64,000 nt of DNA, from the NCBI RefSeq assembly GCF_963921235.1, contig NC_086097.1, forward strand, positions 132,186,001-132,250,000. The letters run 5' to 3'. The position numbers and the translations under genes are program-made. This document shows positions 10,791 through 24,238 of this stretch, piece after piece (within the stretch, counting starts at the first letter, position 1; each line of letters starts with the position of its first letter). The notes below the pieces were generated by a model. It worked only from the letters and a program-made list of their open reading frames with translations, was not told the origin of the DNA and did not search any database. This DNA is from Mobula hypostoma. Lineage: Eukaryota.

Positions 10791-13700
10791 AGTTTATTTG
10801 TCTAACTGCACTGCACTTTTTTTGTAACTGTTGCATTATATTCTGCATTTTGTTATGCTTTTTACTGTCTCAGTGCACTAATGAGATGCATGATCTATCT
10901 GTATGGAATGCAACTGGAAGCATTTTACAGTCTATAAGTGTACGTGACATTAATAAACCAATTCCAAATCTAACTGCTGTTCAAGAAAGCTCGGAAACAG
11001 CCAAAATCTTTCACTGGAGTTGGAGGGTCCAACAGTAGGCAGAGGGAGGTCTGTATAATTGCAAATACTAGTATTTCTGTTTTAAAAACCCATCCACTGG
11101 ATGTGGATGTCACTGCCAGTGTCAGCATTTACAGTGCTTTTTCGATTGCCACTGGATTGTAGAGGCAGATGAGAATCAAGACTTAGGTAGGACTAGAGTC
11201 ACATATTGATCAGATCAGGTAAGAAAGACAGATTTTCTTGCTGCAAATGAGTGTTTATAACAACCTACTGTAGATTTGTAGCTGCAATTACAGAAGCAGG
11301 ATAAGTCCCCCTAAGCTCTGAAGTTATTTCTTTATTTTCTTACTTGATTTCAAGTTTCCTAGCTACCACAAAGAGTTAAAAAACCATGTCTGCATCAATG
11401 GTCCAGGTTGCTGTTCATCCACCAACTTAACCATCACACCTGTATCCCTTATAAACTGAATCCTATGTATAGCAAGTTTAAAAGTACTGACATCTCCATC
11501 TAAAGTAAACGTATTATTTCTGCTACCTTCATTTAGCCCTTAAGATGGCAATTTATTTGCAATGGGAAACACTATCCAAGAGATAGCAAAATTAGCCAAC
11601 TTGTGGGAATGTTTTTATTTGTCAGTGCAGTTACCAAAATGGTCAAAGGTCAGCTGTAGGAAATCCTATAGGTCACCATGCAAGTTATGCAAAGCTCTTG
11701 TTCAGCAAAGTTTTTGACTTTGTTTCATTCTCCCTGTGAAGGGATGATTGATCAGTTTGGGCATCAAATTTGGATTAGGTTGGTGCCCTGGACTCCTGTC
11801 CTTAAAGGATTAAATTAAGTCCACAAGAACTCAATTCACATGTGATGCTTACTAGCCATCAGTGCACCAGCCCTCTATTAGCAGTAATGCTATACCAATC
11901 TGAAACCAATTTAGATTGCAGTGTCAGTAAGACCCATATTAAATTTATGAAGGTTTCAGAACCATTAGAGCTTATGAGTGTAGACTGCAAATGCTTGTGA
12001 TGACTCATACCTCCTTCATGCTATTTTGGAAATTAACTACCTTTAATTGAGGCAATGCATCATGGATTTCAATAACCCCATGCTAAACACATGTATCATT
12101 TAATTTTAATTTGTGCAAAGAATGCAGACTAATTAATAAATTGAATTTACATGAAACATAATTATAGCAATTTGAAGTGCTTAGAGACATTGTTTTACAA
12201 TGCAATATTATATTATTTAGAGACAGGCAGGCAGATACATAAAGGAACTTCAGACCTTTCTGAGTTCATACACATTGTGGTTTCATTATTTTTAGCTATC
12301 TTTCAATGCATTAGAAATACAGAGTGCGTCTCAAGGTTAAATTGTCTAGGTTGAGAGGGTATCACAATGTAGAAAGGACAATATGCCTTCTATTTGCAAG
12401 GAAGGATATTATTCATGTTATGAGCTCTGCACATTCTCAGCTCCTTTCAGTTTCTGTTAGCTTTTGGGTAGGGTATGGTTTGAAAGCAAGCAGCAGGGCT
12501 GTCTTCATTTTAAGGTTTACTGTAATGTTAGTTTTCACTGAAAATATACACTGGCATAGAAGAAGTAACCGGTAAAAGGTGACACAGTTTTGTTCAGAAT
12601 CAACTAAAGCATTTCATGGATAAACCTTATACCAATTAATTAAACTAGTCTTAATGTCTCTGAATAAACAGAAATACCATACAATTCATTATGTATAAGT
12701 GTTGCTGTGGATGTAAATATTCATTTACAAGACAATACACTGCATATTTACATGAGGAGTCAAGTTGCTGCAATAAACTGAATGTCACTAAAAGAGCCCT
12801 AAAAAGTTTGTGTAGTACTTTGCTGTGCGGTGTAATCACTTTGTGAACACATATGTATAAAACACCATGTTCCATACTAAGGAATGCAGGCCACTGTGTA
12901 TAAGATAAGCTACTTGTTTAAATGATCTTGTCATGACGCTACTATATTAATAATACCATCCCGGCTGTACTGGAACAGTATTGCCAATGGGCCGTATAAA
13001 CAATTTTAATCAGCATTTCAAGTATCAAGGCCATGCATGAAGATTTCAATGAAGTACTCCACCTTCTATTGCGTTCAGCAGTCACGTGATGCTTGTTGCC
13101 CATATTTTAGATTTACTCCATCTGGGTCCCCTTCTGATCAATGAATTTCATAATATCAACACGACCTTACATTCAGTATTGCATTCCAGTCTGGAAATTT
13201 AGTTCTGTTCACATAATTAATTACATAAGTGAGAATTCAAATACAACTATTATTCTTTTATACATTTAGTGGAGGCAATTGAGGTGAAATTCTTTCTCCA
13301 AGATCACAGTTAGCTTCTTAAATAATTTGTAAGAATGAAATTCACTCACTGAAAGGTCAGTGGAAGCAGATAGTAACTAGCAAAAAAAATAATTGGCTGA
13401 AGAGAAAACATTTTAGGGCTCCAGGGAAAACTGATGGAGGTGGGGTGAATTACACAGCTCTTTGAGTTAGCATAGGAACAATGGGCTGAACAGTCTCCTG
13501 AATTAGCAATGCAATGTTTATTAAAATTAGAAATGAATTGGGAAAGACATGACACAAAATTCCCACACAAAGTCACAATAACCTTGCCCATGTGAGGGCT
13601 TGGATTCTACACAGCATAATTTCCCCATGACCTCTGCACCATTTTATGCAGCCATTGTAAAACTCATTTAAAATAAATAAAACAATACCATGTGATGTTG

Positions 13701-14309
13701 TAAGTTCATTGTAAAATTTATCCAAATTTAGTGCTGACATGCTGGCCATAAAACATCTGTCAGTATCATTTTAATTGATGCGATATTTTGAAGAATCCCT
13801 ATAGTCATTTTGGTCATTATGTATACCAGTCATTAGCAGCAATTAGTTATGCTTTGACCTTACTCTGAAATTGTTCTTTAATTTTTCAATCCTAATAAGT
13901 CAATCACTTTTAGTGTTGTATGGTTTATTCATTGACAATGAAGAATGATAAAGGAGCTTAAAAGGTAACCTTAATGATTATGGGAACAAAATAAAAGGAG
14001 AATCAGATTTAGGTAGTTAAACACACGAGTAAAATTGTTATCGGCAATGCAGAAACAAATGCTGGTGTTTATCCTTCAAGATATTTGAATTATTAAATAT
14101 TATTCTACATAATCACATCTTAATTTTACCTTTCAATTTGCATAATACATGCATCAAAATCCATCTGTAACACACACTATTAGTAGCACAGGGCTTTTGT
14201 CGTAAACTTCGACCAATTAATATCAGAAGTGGATATCACAGAGTCAAGACCCTACCTAAAAATAAGAATATAAAAAATAGAAGTAGGAGCGGGAATTGTC
14301 TGTATAGAG

Positions 14310-14390
14310 CAGGGGTTCCCAACCTGGGGTCCATGAACCCCTTGTTTAGTAGCATTTGTCCATGGCATAAAAAAAGGTTGGGAACTTCTG
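14310..14390. mobile_element. 81-bp hAT-type MITE
   Basis: TIRs CAGGGGTTCCCAACCT / AGGTTGGGAACTTCTG; perfect 8-bp TSD GTATAGAG (14302-14309, 14391-14398). Confidence 0.88.
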
Positions 14391-14719
14391 GTATAGAGCC
14401 TTGTGCCTGACCTGCCATTCAATCAAATCATGCCTAAAGTGATCTTGGTCTCAATTCCAGCTTAATAGCTAATGTCCGCAGTCCTTAATTCCTCAACGGC
14501 CCCAAAAAAATTTAGCCTTGAATATATTCAATCACTGGTTTAGGTGGAGAACATAAAGATTAAAATTCTTTGAAAGATGAAAACCTTCAGTTCCATCTTA
14601 AAAGGATGACCCCTGAAATTATGCCCACTACTCTTAGGTGTTAACACAATAGGAAAACACTTCTTAGTCTGCAATTTGTTATCCATTCTCCTATTTGTTT
14701 CAATACAGTCACCATTCTT

Positions 14720-15110
14720 TGGATAGGTTGAGACTTTTCCTTGGAGTGAAAGATGCTGAGCGATGACCCCAAAAGAGATTTATAAAATCAAGAGGGGAGA
14801 AAGACAGGGAGCAGTTGTTTTCCCAGAAGAGGGGAGTCTAAACCTTAGATGGTGTAGATTTAAAGTAAGAAGGGAAAAATTTAAAGGGGATCTGAGGGGT
14901 ATGTTTTTCACACAGAGGATGTTGGGTATATGGAATGAGCTGCCAGAAGAGACAACAGAGATGAGTACAACGACCAACTTTAAAAGAGTTTTGGACAGGT
15001 CCATGGATAGGAAAGGTTTAGGGAGCTATGAGTCAAATACATGCAAATAGGATTACTATGACCTAGTTGGGCTAAAGAAGCTGTTTTCATGCTGTATAAT
15101 TAATCTGTGA
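14720..15110 (+). mobile_element. CR1 3' fragment
   Basis: FKGDLRGMFFTQRMLGIWNELP matches the C-terminus of ORF2 of the 4070-7555 element. Confidence 0.8.
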
Positions 15111-16104
15111 ATCATTCTTCTGAAGTCTAATTAGTATGGACTCAAGCTGCTTTTCTAGTCTTCATAAAAGGTATCACTTTTCAGATTATCCCATAGGCCA
15201 ATGAAGTGCCATATTATACAGTAGGTTTGTTTTATCTCTTACACTTGTTACAGAGATGCTGGCTCCAGTCCCTGAAGGGTTAAAGGCTTTGCACGTTATT
15301 TCTGTTTTATTTTTCTGCTCCTTTGATCCCTAACAGTTCCACCATCACTGTCACATAAACCCACCAGTTGTATCGTAAGGTGGGTTAAAGGCCACAATTC
15401 ATTTCAGTCAAGGTTCAAAGCCATCAATGAAATAATCACAAAATGACACTGTGAAATTACTGTAAAAAAATAGTCAGCCTGTGTCATGACATTTTTGCAG
15501 CAGAGACCCTCACTACTCATAGCTCTATCAAGAACTATAAAACTGCAACAACAACAAAAATTTTTTTGACAGACATAGAGGCTGGAGATGTACAAGTTAA
15601 GATTGCTTAAAACCAGCCATGTAGAAAGTTATCAGATGTTCCAGACTGTGCCCCCATGAAATTGGCACAAATCATCGAGTTGGCTTCAGGAAGATGTTTA
15701 AGAGGTACATGAAAAAGCCAAATGAGGAGGCAATGGCCATTCAGTAACTTAACCCCTGTCATCCAGGGACTCTTGTGTCAGCTAGGACTCAAATAAAGAT
15801 GAATGAGCTTATCACAGTGTATCAGCCAGGATGGTTGGGCCTCATTCCATCACTGAGAGAGAGTAACTGTTCATATAGAAAGATTAATGGAGCATCCATT
15901 CAGTTCCCTTCACAAGTACTAACACAGAGTGGCATATAAATAGAATTAAGGGGACACAAAATGGACCTGTTACCCACAAAATAACAAAATGGAGTAAAGA
16001 GAATAATAATCTCCCAGAAATCCTAAGAGTAAATGCACAAGGTGAATAGTACACACGTGGCCTGATGTTCTTATATAACTACATTCTATGACACCAGGTA
16101 ATGA

Positions 16105-16385
16105 TGAATTTATTTATTGAGATACAGTGCGGACTAAGCCATTCCAGCCCTTCACACTGCGCTGCCCAGCAATCCCTTGATTTAATCTTAGCCTAACCAT
16201 AGGACAATTTACAATGACCAATTAACTGGTATGGCTTTGTACCATAGGAGGAAACAGGAGCACCCAGAGGAAACCTATGTGGTCAAGGTGTGAACGTACA
16301 AAGTCCTTAAAGGCAGTGACAGGGATTGAACCCTGAGTTGCTGGTACTGTAAAACATTGTGCTGACCACTATGCTACCGTGCCAC
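16105..16385 (-). mobile_element. tRNA-derived SINE
   Basis: Minus-strand head GTGGCACGGTAGCATAGTGG (box A) ... GGTTCAATCC (box B); (AAAT)n-like tail; related copies near 7570-7865, 38040-38370, 47767-48030. Confidence 0.7.
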
Positions 16386-16839
16386 TTCGTTATTTAACAA
16401 ATAAGGAAGCAAAATATGGAATTAAGGCAATGGGCCCTTTCACCTCTTTCTTCACTGACCTCATTGCTTGCTAGTAGGTTTATTGTTTCACTTGCTGAAG
16501 ATTTATTTTTGAAAACTTTCACTCCAGTTTGTTCTCATCCTGGAAGTGCAACAGAAATTGCATTTACATATCAACTTATACTGAGTCCAAAGGCTTTACA
16601 GTTAATTTGTATTTAGATTTCACAAGTGGCAATGCTTCAATAGCTGTTATTTCTGATTAGATGGGGAATTAAATATTGCCCAGGAAAATCAAATAAATTC
16701 CAGAGATTGTTTAACGACTGCTTGAGAGTACATAGTCAGCCTGGTAGTTGGAATAGAAACACTGTTGTTATGCAAAGGACATGGCAGTGAACCTGTACAC
16801 AGAAACATCCCACAATCAACAACATATAAACCCTAACAG

Positions 16840-17700
16840 AACAAAGAACATAGAACACTACAGCACAGTAAAAACCTTTTGATCCATGATGTTGTGCCAA
16901 AATTTTAACCTACTCAAGATCAATCTAGCCCTTCCCTCCTACATAGCCCTCCATTTTTCTCTCATCCACTTGCCTATCTAAGAGTTTCTTAAACGTCCCT
17001 AATGTATCTGCCTCTACCATCACCCCTGGCAAGGTGTTCCACACACTCACTATTCTCTGTGTGAAGAGCTTACCACTGACAGCCCCCCACCCATACTCTC
17101 CTCCAATTACCTTAAATTTTTTTTTAGGCATCCGTTAGTCTAATGAGACCATGGATTTGCACCTTGGAAGGTTTCCAGGGCGCAGGCCTGGGCAAAGTTG
17201 TATGGAAGACCAGCAGTTGCCCATGCTGCCAGTCTCCCCTCTCCAGCTACCGATGTTGTCCAAGGGAGGGGCATTAGGACCCATACAGCCTGACACCGGT
17301 GTCGTTGCAGAGCAATGTATGGTTAAGCACCTTGCTCAAGGACACACACTTTGCCTCAGCCAAGGCTCGAACCAGCAACCTTCAAATCACTAAACAAATG
17401 CCTTAACCACTTGGCCACGCACCAACACACCTTAAAATTATGCCTCCTCATATTAGGCGGTTCTGCCCTGAGAAAACGTCTCTGGCTATTCATCTGATCT
17501 ATGGCTTTTATCATGCTGTACACTTCTATCAGGTCGCCTCTCATTCACCTTCTCTCCAAAGAGAAAAGCATAGCTCGCTCAACCTATCCACATAAAACAT
17601 GCTCTTTAATCAGGTAGCATCCTGGTAAATATCCTCTGCACCCTCTCTGTAGTTTCCATGTCCTCCTTATAATGAGTGGCTGGAATGGAACACAATTATG
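16840..17700 (-). mobile_element. CR1 3' fragment interrupted by the SINE at 17117-17428
   Basis: ORFs 17356..17544 (MRGDLIEVY) and 16925..17131 (LFTQRIVSVWNTLP) are consecutive pieces of the CR1 ORF2 end; (GAACATA)n tail near 16840. Confidence 0.85.
17117..17428 (-). mobile_element. tRNA-derived SINE with A-tail
   Basis: Box A TGGCCAAGTGG and box B GGTTCGAGCC on the minus strand; core GTGTCCTTGAGCAAG; TSD ACCTTAAA at 17109-17116 and 17429-17436. Confidence 0.88.
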
Positions 17701-19383
17701 CACTAGGATATTGGCACTATCTTTCCTGAAATCTGAATATCTGAATTACTATCATGTGATAGCAATGTATAAACCATGAGTTGTCCAATTAGAGTGGATA
17801 GTGGGAAGCTGTTCCCTTTGCTAGACGGGTTGAGGGTTAAAGGTCAGAGGTTTAAATCAGACTGAAGGCAATTAAATGTGACGTGAGGAAATCCATTTTT
17901 GCGTACTAGGTGTCCGGAATTTGGATGCACTGCCTGCAGGTAGTCATAGGGTCATAGAGTTATGGAGCACGGTAAACGGGCCCTTCAGTCAAATATGTCC
18001 ATGTTGATCAAATTGTCTGTCCAGTCCTGTCCTATTTGCCAGTGTTTAGCCCTAATCCCTCTAGATCTTTTCCATACACACTCCTGTCTAAATATCTTTT
18101 AAGGATTGCAATTGCACTCACCTCTATCACTTCCACTAGCAGCTTGTTTCAAATACCCACCATCCTTGATGTGAAATTCATTCTCCCTCTCACATTCAAC
18201 CTATGACCTCTAGTTTTAGTGTACCCAATCCTGTGGAAAAAATTAACTTATCTACACCCCACATCATCTTACATACTTCTCCATAAGATTACCTCTCAGC
18301 CTCCTACACTCCAAGGACAAAGAAGCCTCATGCTTTATAACTCATGTGATAAAAGTAAGTTCCAATGTGGTCTTCAAGAGTAAATTGGATAAATATTAGA
18401 TGTACTAAAATTTGCAAGGTTACCAGGAAAGTTCTGGTGAATGGAACTAGAGAGTCAGTCTTCTAGAGAACCAGCATTGGCACAATGGGCCAAATGGCAT
18501 CCTCCTGGTGGCAATAGTACACTGATTCTCTGGCATCTATCCAAAGACAAAGAGAGGGGTACTGGCTTAACAGTTGCAACAAAAGACAGCAGTCCTTCCA
18601 TACTGCTCTGTAAAGTTAGGTTCGGGAATCTGGTGTGGCTCCTAGGCAGCCCTGAGCTGTAATTGGCACCGTAAGGCTGGTAGATGATTGTAGAAGATGC
18701 AGATTTTCACAACTTTAGCTTTGCAGCAAAGAATGAGGTTACGTTGGAGGCAGAATAATCAGTCTTTGGTTGAACAGGTGGAGGATCTGGGAAAGAGTTA
18801 GCTCAGGTAGGATAGCTGGCCCTGATGGAGTGAAATTTTCACTGTTAGTGCTTCTAGCAAGTAGTAGGCATTGAGAGAAACAGCATAGAAATAGGCCCTT
18901 TGTCCATCAAGTCCAAACCAATCAAACACCACCCATTTACACTAATCCTGCCTGTTCTATTCTTCCCACATTCAATTCAACAGCCCCTACCCAGAATATT
19001 CTGGCACTCACCTGGACACCAGCTTTTTAAAATCTAAAGGCTGGAAAAAGCAAATCACTTATTACACTTTCATGTTTAGTATGTCCCTGTGTTTGAAGGT
19101 CAACAGGCATTGCAATAGCAAAGCTCTGAAACAGAACAAGCAAACAGACAAGTGATATGCTTAAATATGTTGTGAATTACATATATCACAACATGTACTG
19201 GGTACTCTTGGGTAACCAGCTACTGTAATCTTCATTACCTATTAAATTTATGTTGCTGCTTCTCCAACATTACAATTCATTCACTGTAAAGTGAAGAGAT
19301 AATTGAAAAACCAACAGTCTGAGATAAAATAAACAGCAGAAAGACTTATGCATATCTGTTCATATCTTCTGGCAGTAACTCAA

Positions 19384-20178
19384 TTCAATAGGTTTCAATA
19401 GGTACATTTAATGTCAGAGAAATGCATACAATATACATCCTGAAATTCTTTTTCTTCACAAACATCCACAAAAACAGAGGAGTGCCCCAAAGAATCAATC
19501 ACAGTTAAATGTGAGAACCTCAAAGCACCCCCACCCCCCCGCCATTCACAAGCAACAGCAAGGCAACAACTCCCCACCACCAGCAAAAAAGCACCAGTGC
19601 CCCCCACCGAGCACTCAAGCATGCAGCAAAGCATCAATAAGGACACAGATGCAGTACCCCAAAGACCACTCATTCACTCGGTATTCGACATACCACAGGC
19701 TCTCTCTCTCCCCCTAATAAAGTAAAAAGAGATGTTCCCGTTTCACAGTGAGAGGGGAGACACAACAAAGCTTCTCGCTGATTTATGGTGTTAAAGGTCT
19801 GTTGCGTCACTTTTTCCGAGCTCTGTGCCTCTGGTCACACAGCCAGCAAGCCTGCTGCTTCCGATCTTCCTTGTTCTCCCGCAACACATCAGTCAGTGGC
19901 GGTGGAACTGGCCTTGAATAAGCCTGTCTTCAGAGCCACAAAAATGTGGCACCCTGATGGTTCACTAGTCTTCTAGGCCGTGTCCTTGGCGTATTGAAAA
20001 GCGGCTGGTTGCGAGGCCCTGACAGCGGGTCCCATTCCCGCAAAGAACCAAAGTCAGAGTGTAACTCAAGGTCAAGGTCTTCAAAAGAATCTGAAAGGTG
20101 AAAAAAAGAGATATCAAAGATAGAAATAAAGCTGTTTCCGAAGATGCAAGCAAAGGAGTCGCTATTTAGTGGCACCAT
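19384..20178 (-). mobile_element. About 800-bp non-coding interspersed repeat, copy A
   Basis: Reverse complement is colinear with 22089-22883 (GCATCTTCGGAAACAGCT..., CATTTCTCTGACATTAAATGTACC). Confidence 0.85.
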
Positions 20179-20360
20179 CACTCCACTCCACCTGTGACAT
20201 TGGCCATTTTGTTTGAACTTTGTTCTCATGATCTCTAAAATTTTTATAAAAGAAACTGAATTATTAATTGCATCATAGTGATAATCTTCCCCCAATATAT
20301 GAAGGTATGCAGGGAAAGACATGTATGTTTGTTGCCTGTGCAAGTAATTCGGACTCAAGA

Positions 20361-21430
20361 GTTCAAAAGTACAAAGTTCAAAGTGAACTTTATTATCAAA
20401 GTATATATATGTCATCATTTACAGCCCTGAAATTAATTTTCTAGCAGGCATACTCAACAAATCTATTGAATAATAACTATATCAGAATCAGTGAAAGACC
20501 GCCCAGCTTGGGCGTTCATCCAGAGTGCAGAAGATAACAAATTGTGCAAATGCAAAAAGTAGAAACAATAATATAAATAAATAAGCGATAAATATCAAGA
20601 ACATGAGATGAAGAGTTCTTGAAAGTGAGTCCATTGGTTGTGGGAACATTTCAATGACGGGGCAAATAAAGTTGAGTAAAGTTATCCCATTTGGTTCAAG
20701 AGCCCGATGATTGAAGTGTAGTAATTGTTCCTGAACCTGGTGGTGTGAGTCCCGAGGTTCTTATACCTTCTTCATGATGGCAGCAGCGAGAAGAGAGCAT
20801 GACCTGGGTGCCTCTGATGATGGATGCTGCTTTCCTACAACAGCATTTCATGTAAGTGTGCTCAATAGTTGGGAGGGCTTTACCCCTGATGGACTGGGCC
20901 ATACCCACAACTTTTAGTAGGATTTTCTGTTCAAGGGCATTGGTGTTTCCATACCTGGTTGTGATGAAGCCAGTTAATACGCTCCCCACTACCCATCTAT
21001 AGCAGTTTATCAAAATTTTAGCTGGCATTCCAAATCTCCACAAACTCCTAAGGAAGTAGAAATGCTGCCATGTTTTTTTTGTAATTGCACTTACCTGTCA
21101 GACCCAGGACAGGTCTTCCAAAATAATAACACCTGGGAATATCAAGTTGATAACCCTCTCCATCTCTGATCTTCCAGTGAGGACTGGCTTATGGACCTCT
21201 GGTTTCCTTCTCCTGAAGTCTACAATCATTTCCTTGGTCTTGCTGACATTGAGAGAGAGAGATTAGTGTTATGACACTATTCAGTCAGATTTTTAATCTC
21301 CCTTCTACATGCTGGTTTAACGCTATCCTTGATTTGGCTTCATATTATCCTCTGTCATTAGGGCAAGCATTATCAAGTATCATGGTACTAAGTTGTCATA
21401 CAGTCCTAAATGTCATGTCAGTGTATTCCT
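20361..21430 (-). mobile_element. Rex1/Babar-like LINE 3' fragment
   Basis: ORF 20696..21043 WRFGMPAKILINCYRWVVGSVLTGFITTRYGN resembles the Rex1 RT C-terminal region; (GAACTTT)n tail near 20361-20390. Confidence 0.8.
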
Positions 21431-22088
21431 CAGTGTCTGGAGAACATTTCGGAGTTCAGAGCAGTTTCCTCACAGATACTTCAGTGTTTGGCTTCTCATG
21501 ACATGAAAAGGTGAAGTGGCATTCCAATAAGAAGAATACATCTATCCGCATTTATGCCTTTTTTGGACTCGTTCCAGATGCGTAACTTGAACTGATCTAT
21601 ACTGATGGATATGATATCTTGTGTTGCTCACTCAACCTATCCTGAGAAGACATAAGCTATGCTACCCTATGGCTCAAAAGCCACATCCCTAGTTACAATT
21701 AGTAAAAGGGTAATAGATGCTTTCCTAAGTTTTTATTGCCATCTCACTTTTTTACATAGCAGCAAGCCATTAGCATTGCATGCTCAGCATGGAAATCTTT
21801 TGAGGATTTGTCTTTAATCAAGTTACTATCTTTCTAATGCTATTTTGCTTGTTGAAATCAAAAATACTGCAGATGCTGAAAGCCAGAAATAAACGCAGGA
21901 AATGATTGGGATACTCAGCAAGTCAGGCAGCGTCGGTAGAGTAAGAAAGGATTTAATATTTCATGTCAGGAAAAGCTCACTTTGCCTATATTTGGCTTCT
22001 GACCTAAGGTTTAGGTGAAAGGAGAGAACAAAGGCAGCTTATTTTATGAAAGTGGCAATTATGCAGAAGAAGGAGCTTAAGAGGATTA

Positions 22089-22883
22089 ATGGTGCCTAAT
22101 GGCGACTTCTTCACTTGCATCTTCAGAAACAGCTCTATTTCCATCTTTAATATCTCTATTTTTCCCTTTCAAGGTTCTTTTGAAGACCCTGACCTTGAGT
22201 TACATGCTGACTATGGTTCTTTGTGGGAATGGGACCCGCTCTTGGGATTTCACGACTGGCTGTTATTCGGCACACCAAGGGCTCGGCCTAAGAGCTCAGC
22301 TCACCTTTGGAGGACGGAGATCTCGTGGCTCTGTAGATGGGTGGATCACAGGTCCGTGTCATGGCAGGAGATTAGTGTGTTGTCGGGGGAGTCGGAAGAT
22401 CTATGGCTGTGTGCCTCGAGACCTGAGATCTTTGGGCACAGAGCTCAGAAAAAGTGATTCAACGGACTTTTAACATTGTAAACCAGCGAGTTGTTTGTTA
22501 TGTCTCCCCTCTTGCTGTGAAATGGAGACACCTCTTTCTCCCTTATTAGGGAGAGAGAGAGAGCCTGTGGTATGTTGAATACCATGTGAACAAGTAGTCT
22601 TTGGGGTACTGCAAGTCTGTGTCTTTGCTTTTGCTTTGCTTACACTTGAGTGCTCGGTGGTGGGTGTTTTTTTTGCCGGTGAGGGAGGGGGAATCATTGT
22701 TTGCTGCTGCTTATGTGTGGGAGGGAGGGAAGCTGGGGGAGACTTTAGGGTTCTAACATTTAACTGTCATTCATTCTTTGGGGGCATTCCTCTGTTTTTG
22801 TGGATGGTTGCAAAGAAAAAGCATTTCAGGATGTATATTGTATACATTTCTCTGACGTTAAATGTACCTTTGAAACTTTTGAA
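22089..22883 (+). mobile_element. About 800-bp non-coding interspersed repeat, copy B
   Basis: Colinear with the reverse complement of 19384-20178; short repeated TTTGAA tail. Confidence 0.85.
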
Positions 22884-23064
22884 CATCTACCAGAACTGGA
22901 ACTGGATCAGATAAATCTCTGGAAATCCTAATTTCCTGAATTACTTGGGTTCACCTACACCCTCATGGTCACAGCAAATTTGTACTGGTGCCCCTGCCCC
23001 TCTCTAATATGTCAGAGTTTCTTAAATTCACATTCTAATTCTCTAGCTCTTTTTTGAATTTCAA

Positions 23065-23475
23065 GAATAAGACCATAAGACCTTAAGGCATTGGAGTAGC
23101 ATTAGATCATTTGGCCCATTGAGTCTGCTCCACCATTTCATCACGGCTGATCGATTTATTTTCCTTCTGGCTTAAGAAATTCCTCCTCTTCTCTGTCCTA
23201 AATAGATGTCCCCCTATTCTCTGGTCAGAGGCCCTAAGGTCAGGGACTCCCCCATCTTTGGGAACATCCTCTTCACATCCAGTCTGACTAGGGCTTTCAA
23301 CACATCCAATAGGTTTCAATCTTCGAAATTCCAGTGAGTAAATGCCCAGACCCATCGATTGCTCCTCATACATTAAGCCTTTCATTCCTGGAATCATTCT
23401 CAAAAACTTCCTTTGAACCCACTCCAATGTCAACACAGCCTTCCTTAAGTAAGGGGCCCAAAACTGTTCATAATA
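23065..23475 (-). mobile_element. CR1 3' fragment
   Basis: LEWVQRKFLRMIPGMKGLMYEE...YSLEFRRL. Confidence 0.8.
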
Positions 23476-24238
23476 TTATAAATACATGATGTCATATGCA
23501 CAGTAAGTACAATCAGTACATCTTTGTCTATGTTCATTGCCACCAGAAAGTCAATAGATTCACTTACACTAATGCCTGTCATGTTTTCTCCTTAAATAAT
23601 ACACTATTGCAGTGTTTGAGAGGCTGGTCTGCATGTTCCAACCTCTTAGTTTCCAGTAAAGTTAGATTACAGTCCATCTCTGAAAAGACTTTGAAGGGGC
23701 TGCACTTTCCATGCTTTTGAACTAACAGGACTGGATGTTTTATACAGTAAATTTATCAATACTTAGGACTTGAACAATGAATGGATTTGATATCTGATAA
23801 GTTTAAGATATGTCAATTAACTGTAATCATTAAAATTATATTCAGTTTGTGAATATCTAGGTTTTAATTTAATGCAAAAGTTTTATTTATAGCAAAGCTT
23901 TTAAAGAGCGGTTTATGTTCTAATTTGTCAATTACGGCAGTCAGAAAGAAAAACAATAAAAGGAATACAACATTGCAAAGAGGTTTACAATCAGCAATAT
24001 TATAACAAAGGAAATGGAGCAGCATTTAGCAGAATGTGAAAGACAAATGGGATATTGTCTAGGTTCGCATGTTGTTGACTGGGAATTAAGTATTGGCAAG
24101 GACACCTTGGAGAATTCCACTACTTTTCTTTGGATCATTTACATTAATCTTCATTTAATATCTCCAGCGAAAAGAAAGCACCTTCAGCAGTTCAACCCTC
24201 CCTTTGAGCCGTGCTATGTACATCGAACTAGATTATAT

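Noticed and set aside
17350..17428. tRNA gene
   Set aside because: tRNA-like A/B boxes belong to a TSD-flanked SINE; no complete cloverleaf.
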